Positions 62,400-64,000 of a stretch of DNA of 64,000 nt are shown here, in pieces. The notes below the pieces were generated by a model. It made no database searches, was not told the origin of the DNA, and worked only from the letters and a program-made list of their open reading frames with translations. The first letter of the stretch is position 1, and each line of letters begins with the position of its first letter. The position numbers and the translations under genes were made by a program. The DNA comes from Macrostomum hystrix. Lineage: Eukaryota; Animalia; Platyhelminthes. The stretch is from the NCBI GenBank assembly GCA_950097015.1, contig CATNEN010000002.1, positions 7,068,001 through 7,132,000 of the forward strand, written 5' to 3'.

Positions 62400-63300
62400 A
62401 CAAATCACAATAAAGTTAACAACTCTAATATAAAAACTTTATGTGTTAGGCCTATACTGGTTAAATATTGCTGAAGTTAAATAAAAAGAAAGAGCCCTCC
62501 AACATATACAAAGCAAGTTGTAAATCCAATGTGATCTGCAGATCTGTCTATGTGAAATTTGACACATGTAAAAATATGAACAGATATATAAGAAACTAGG
62601 CCTAACTTTAGCTATAGTTAAAAGTTGCTCAAGCCTGAACTCTGATTGGCATGAGTAATGCATCAATATATATGTAATATATATAATACAGTCCAAAAAC
62701 TGGGGAACCAATACAGTTGCATAAAATCTTCCAGTAATCAAGATTGCTATATATTTACGCCTAAATGCTTGATAGAATTTTAGTACAGAGCATGACCAAT
62801 AGGCCTAAATCAAGTTAACTATAGGCGCCTACAGATCCAGCAACCATGTATGGATCGATGGTCTTTTAGTAAACCGCAAATCCTAGTTGATGGCCTCAAG
62901 TTGTCATCCCTAACCAACAGATAGATTCAGCGCATAGGCTAGGCCCTACTGTAAAAAAATGAATTTGATCCAAGAAATATTGAGATCACCAACAGAGAAT
63001 ATGGAAACTCGACTCGAAAAACTGATCAAAACTCGAAACTCATGCTGACAATCAAAATCTGCATGAATCCTCGACCGTCCAGCTGGTTATTAATTTGTCC
63101 TGGCTGCTGGCAGTAAAAATATAATAAACCTCCAGAGATGTGTCCAAAACCTCTCTATGACCGTATGCGCTAATACAACGGCATCATAGTAAACGGTGTC
63201 AGACCATTCAGAAAACTTGAATATATTTATAATGCTAGAATGTTGAAAGCTTGAAGCGAGCAGACATTCAGATATCAAGGACATCTAGAATACTCTTCAA
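62400..63300 (-). pseudogene. Highly degraded LINE reverse transcriptase remnant
   Basis: Minus-strand fragments RDDN, IKHLGVNI..SNL and AKVRPSFLY in the order expected for DD, LGV.IDSNL and LVRPxLEY; many stops. Confidence 0.4.
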
Positions 63301-64000
63301 TGTATCTTATGAAGAGTATTCTAGATGACGATGTAGTATCTTATGTACTTCTGCTCACTTATGTGTTCATTTCAATTTAATCTGAATTATCCAGATCAGT
63401 TAACGAATTTATAGTTAAGCTATATTCACCGGAAATTTATTGTTATGATAAACAAAAAGTATTATAGTCGAACCCTAAGTTTAAATTTCCATAAACTTTT
63501 CATTGTCATATTTATTTATTAAAAAATCGTTTACTCATAAAGAGTGTCTGACTAAAAAATAGACTTAAAAGAGGCAACCTATAGTTACCTGGCATTTATT
63601 GTATATTTTTGAGATGATCTTTTCCAAAACATAATGTAAACAAACTGTGGAATCTGTTACTATATTATTACTATTACTCCTTTCTGTGCATTACACAACG
63701 AGTTTTGTAGAGAATTCTTTACATGAGCTATAATATGTAATAAGTTTTGTGATTTTTTTCGACAGCTAACTAATTTGCTAGTTTTATACTGAGATTGAGA
63801 ATGACATTCGTGTTTTTTCGCTAAATTTTGCAACCCTAAATATATCTGACTTTAGTCTAGGAAGCCCTTTAGCCACAAAACTTATGATATGCGATTTTTT
63901 ATTATGCAGCAAGCGAGGATCAGTTTTTTGTGATTCCATATATATGCACTTAAATAATACATATTACATAATACATGAATACATAGTTAACGATTTTTAT

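Noticed and set aside
63282-63327. Hairpin with 18-bp arms
   Set aside because: Real but isolated in AT-rich degraded DNA; no supporting context, and bacterial-type terminators do not apply here.

Overview
Animal (metazoan) nuclear DNA: GC-rich spliced exons, AT-rich introns and intergenic DNA, and many minisatellites. The style suggests a free-living flatworm such as Macrostomum, but that is an unverified inference. No rRNA, CRISPR array or intact tRNA was seen. I assembled frame-consistent GT-AG gene models by hand for: an intron-containing tyrosine recombinase with an N-terminal Cys/His region, bracketed by 21-bp direct repeats and a perfect 38-bp palindrome (0.1-3.8 kb); a small secreted Cys-rich protein; an MSP-domain protein of about 1090 aa; a secreted Notch-ligand-like C2/EGF protein with no transmembrane segment; three copies of a secreted PAN/apple + LamG-like protein (one intact, one with a doubtful acceptor, one pseudogene); an HMG20-like protein; a 2167-aa CUB-CTLD-LDLa-LRR-7TM (GRL101-like) GPCR; an orphan 254-aa secreted precursor with three HG(V)LMHGD repeats and dibasic sites; a Gln-rich orphan; and ATG3. 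Mobile DNA includes a degraded Polinton/Maverick-type PolB fragment, LINE remnants, two tRNA-derived SINE families, a MITE family with 8-bp target duplications, and two foldback elements. The best candidates for something undescribed are the tyrosine-recombinase element with its palindromic sites and the His-rich repeat precursor lying just upstream of the giant GPCR. All family assignments come from recognising motifs by eye; no database search was run.
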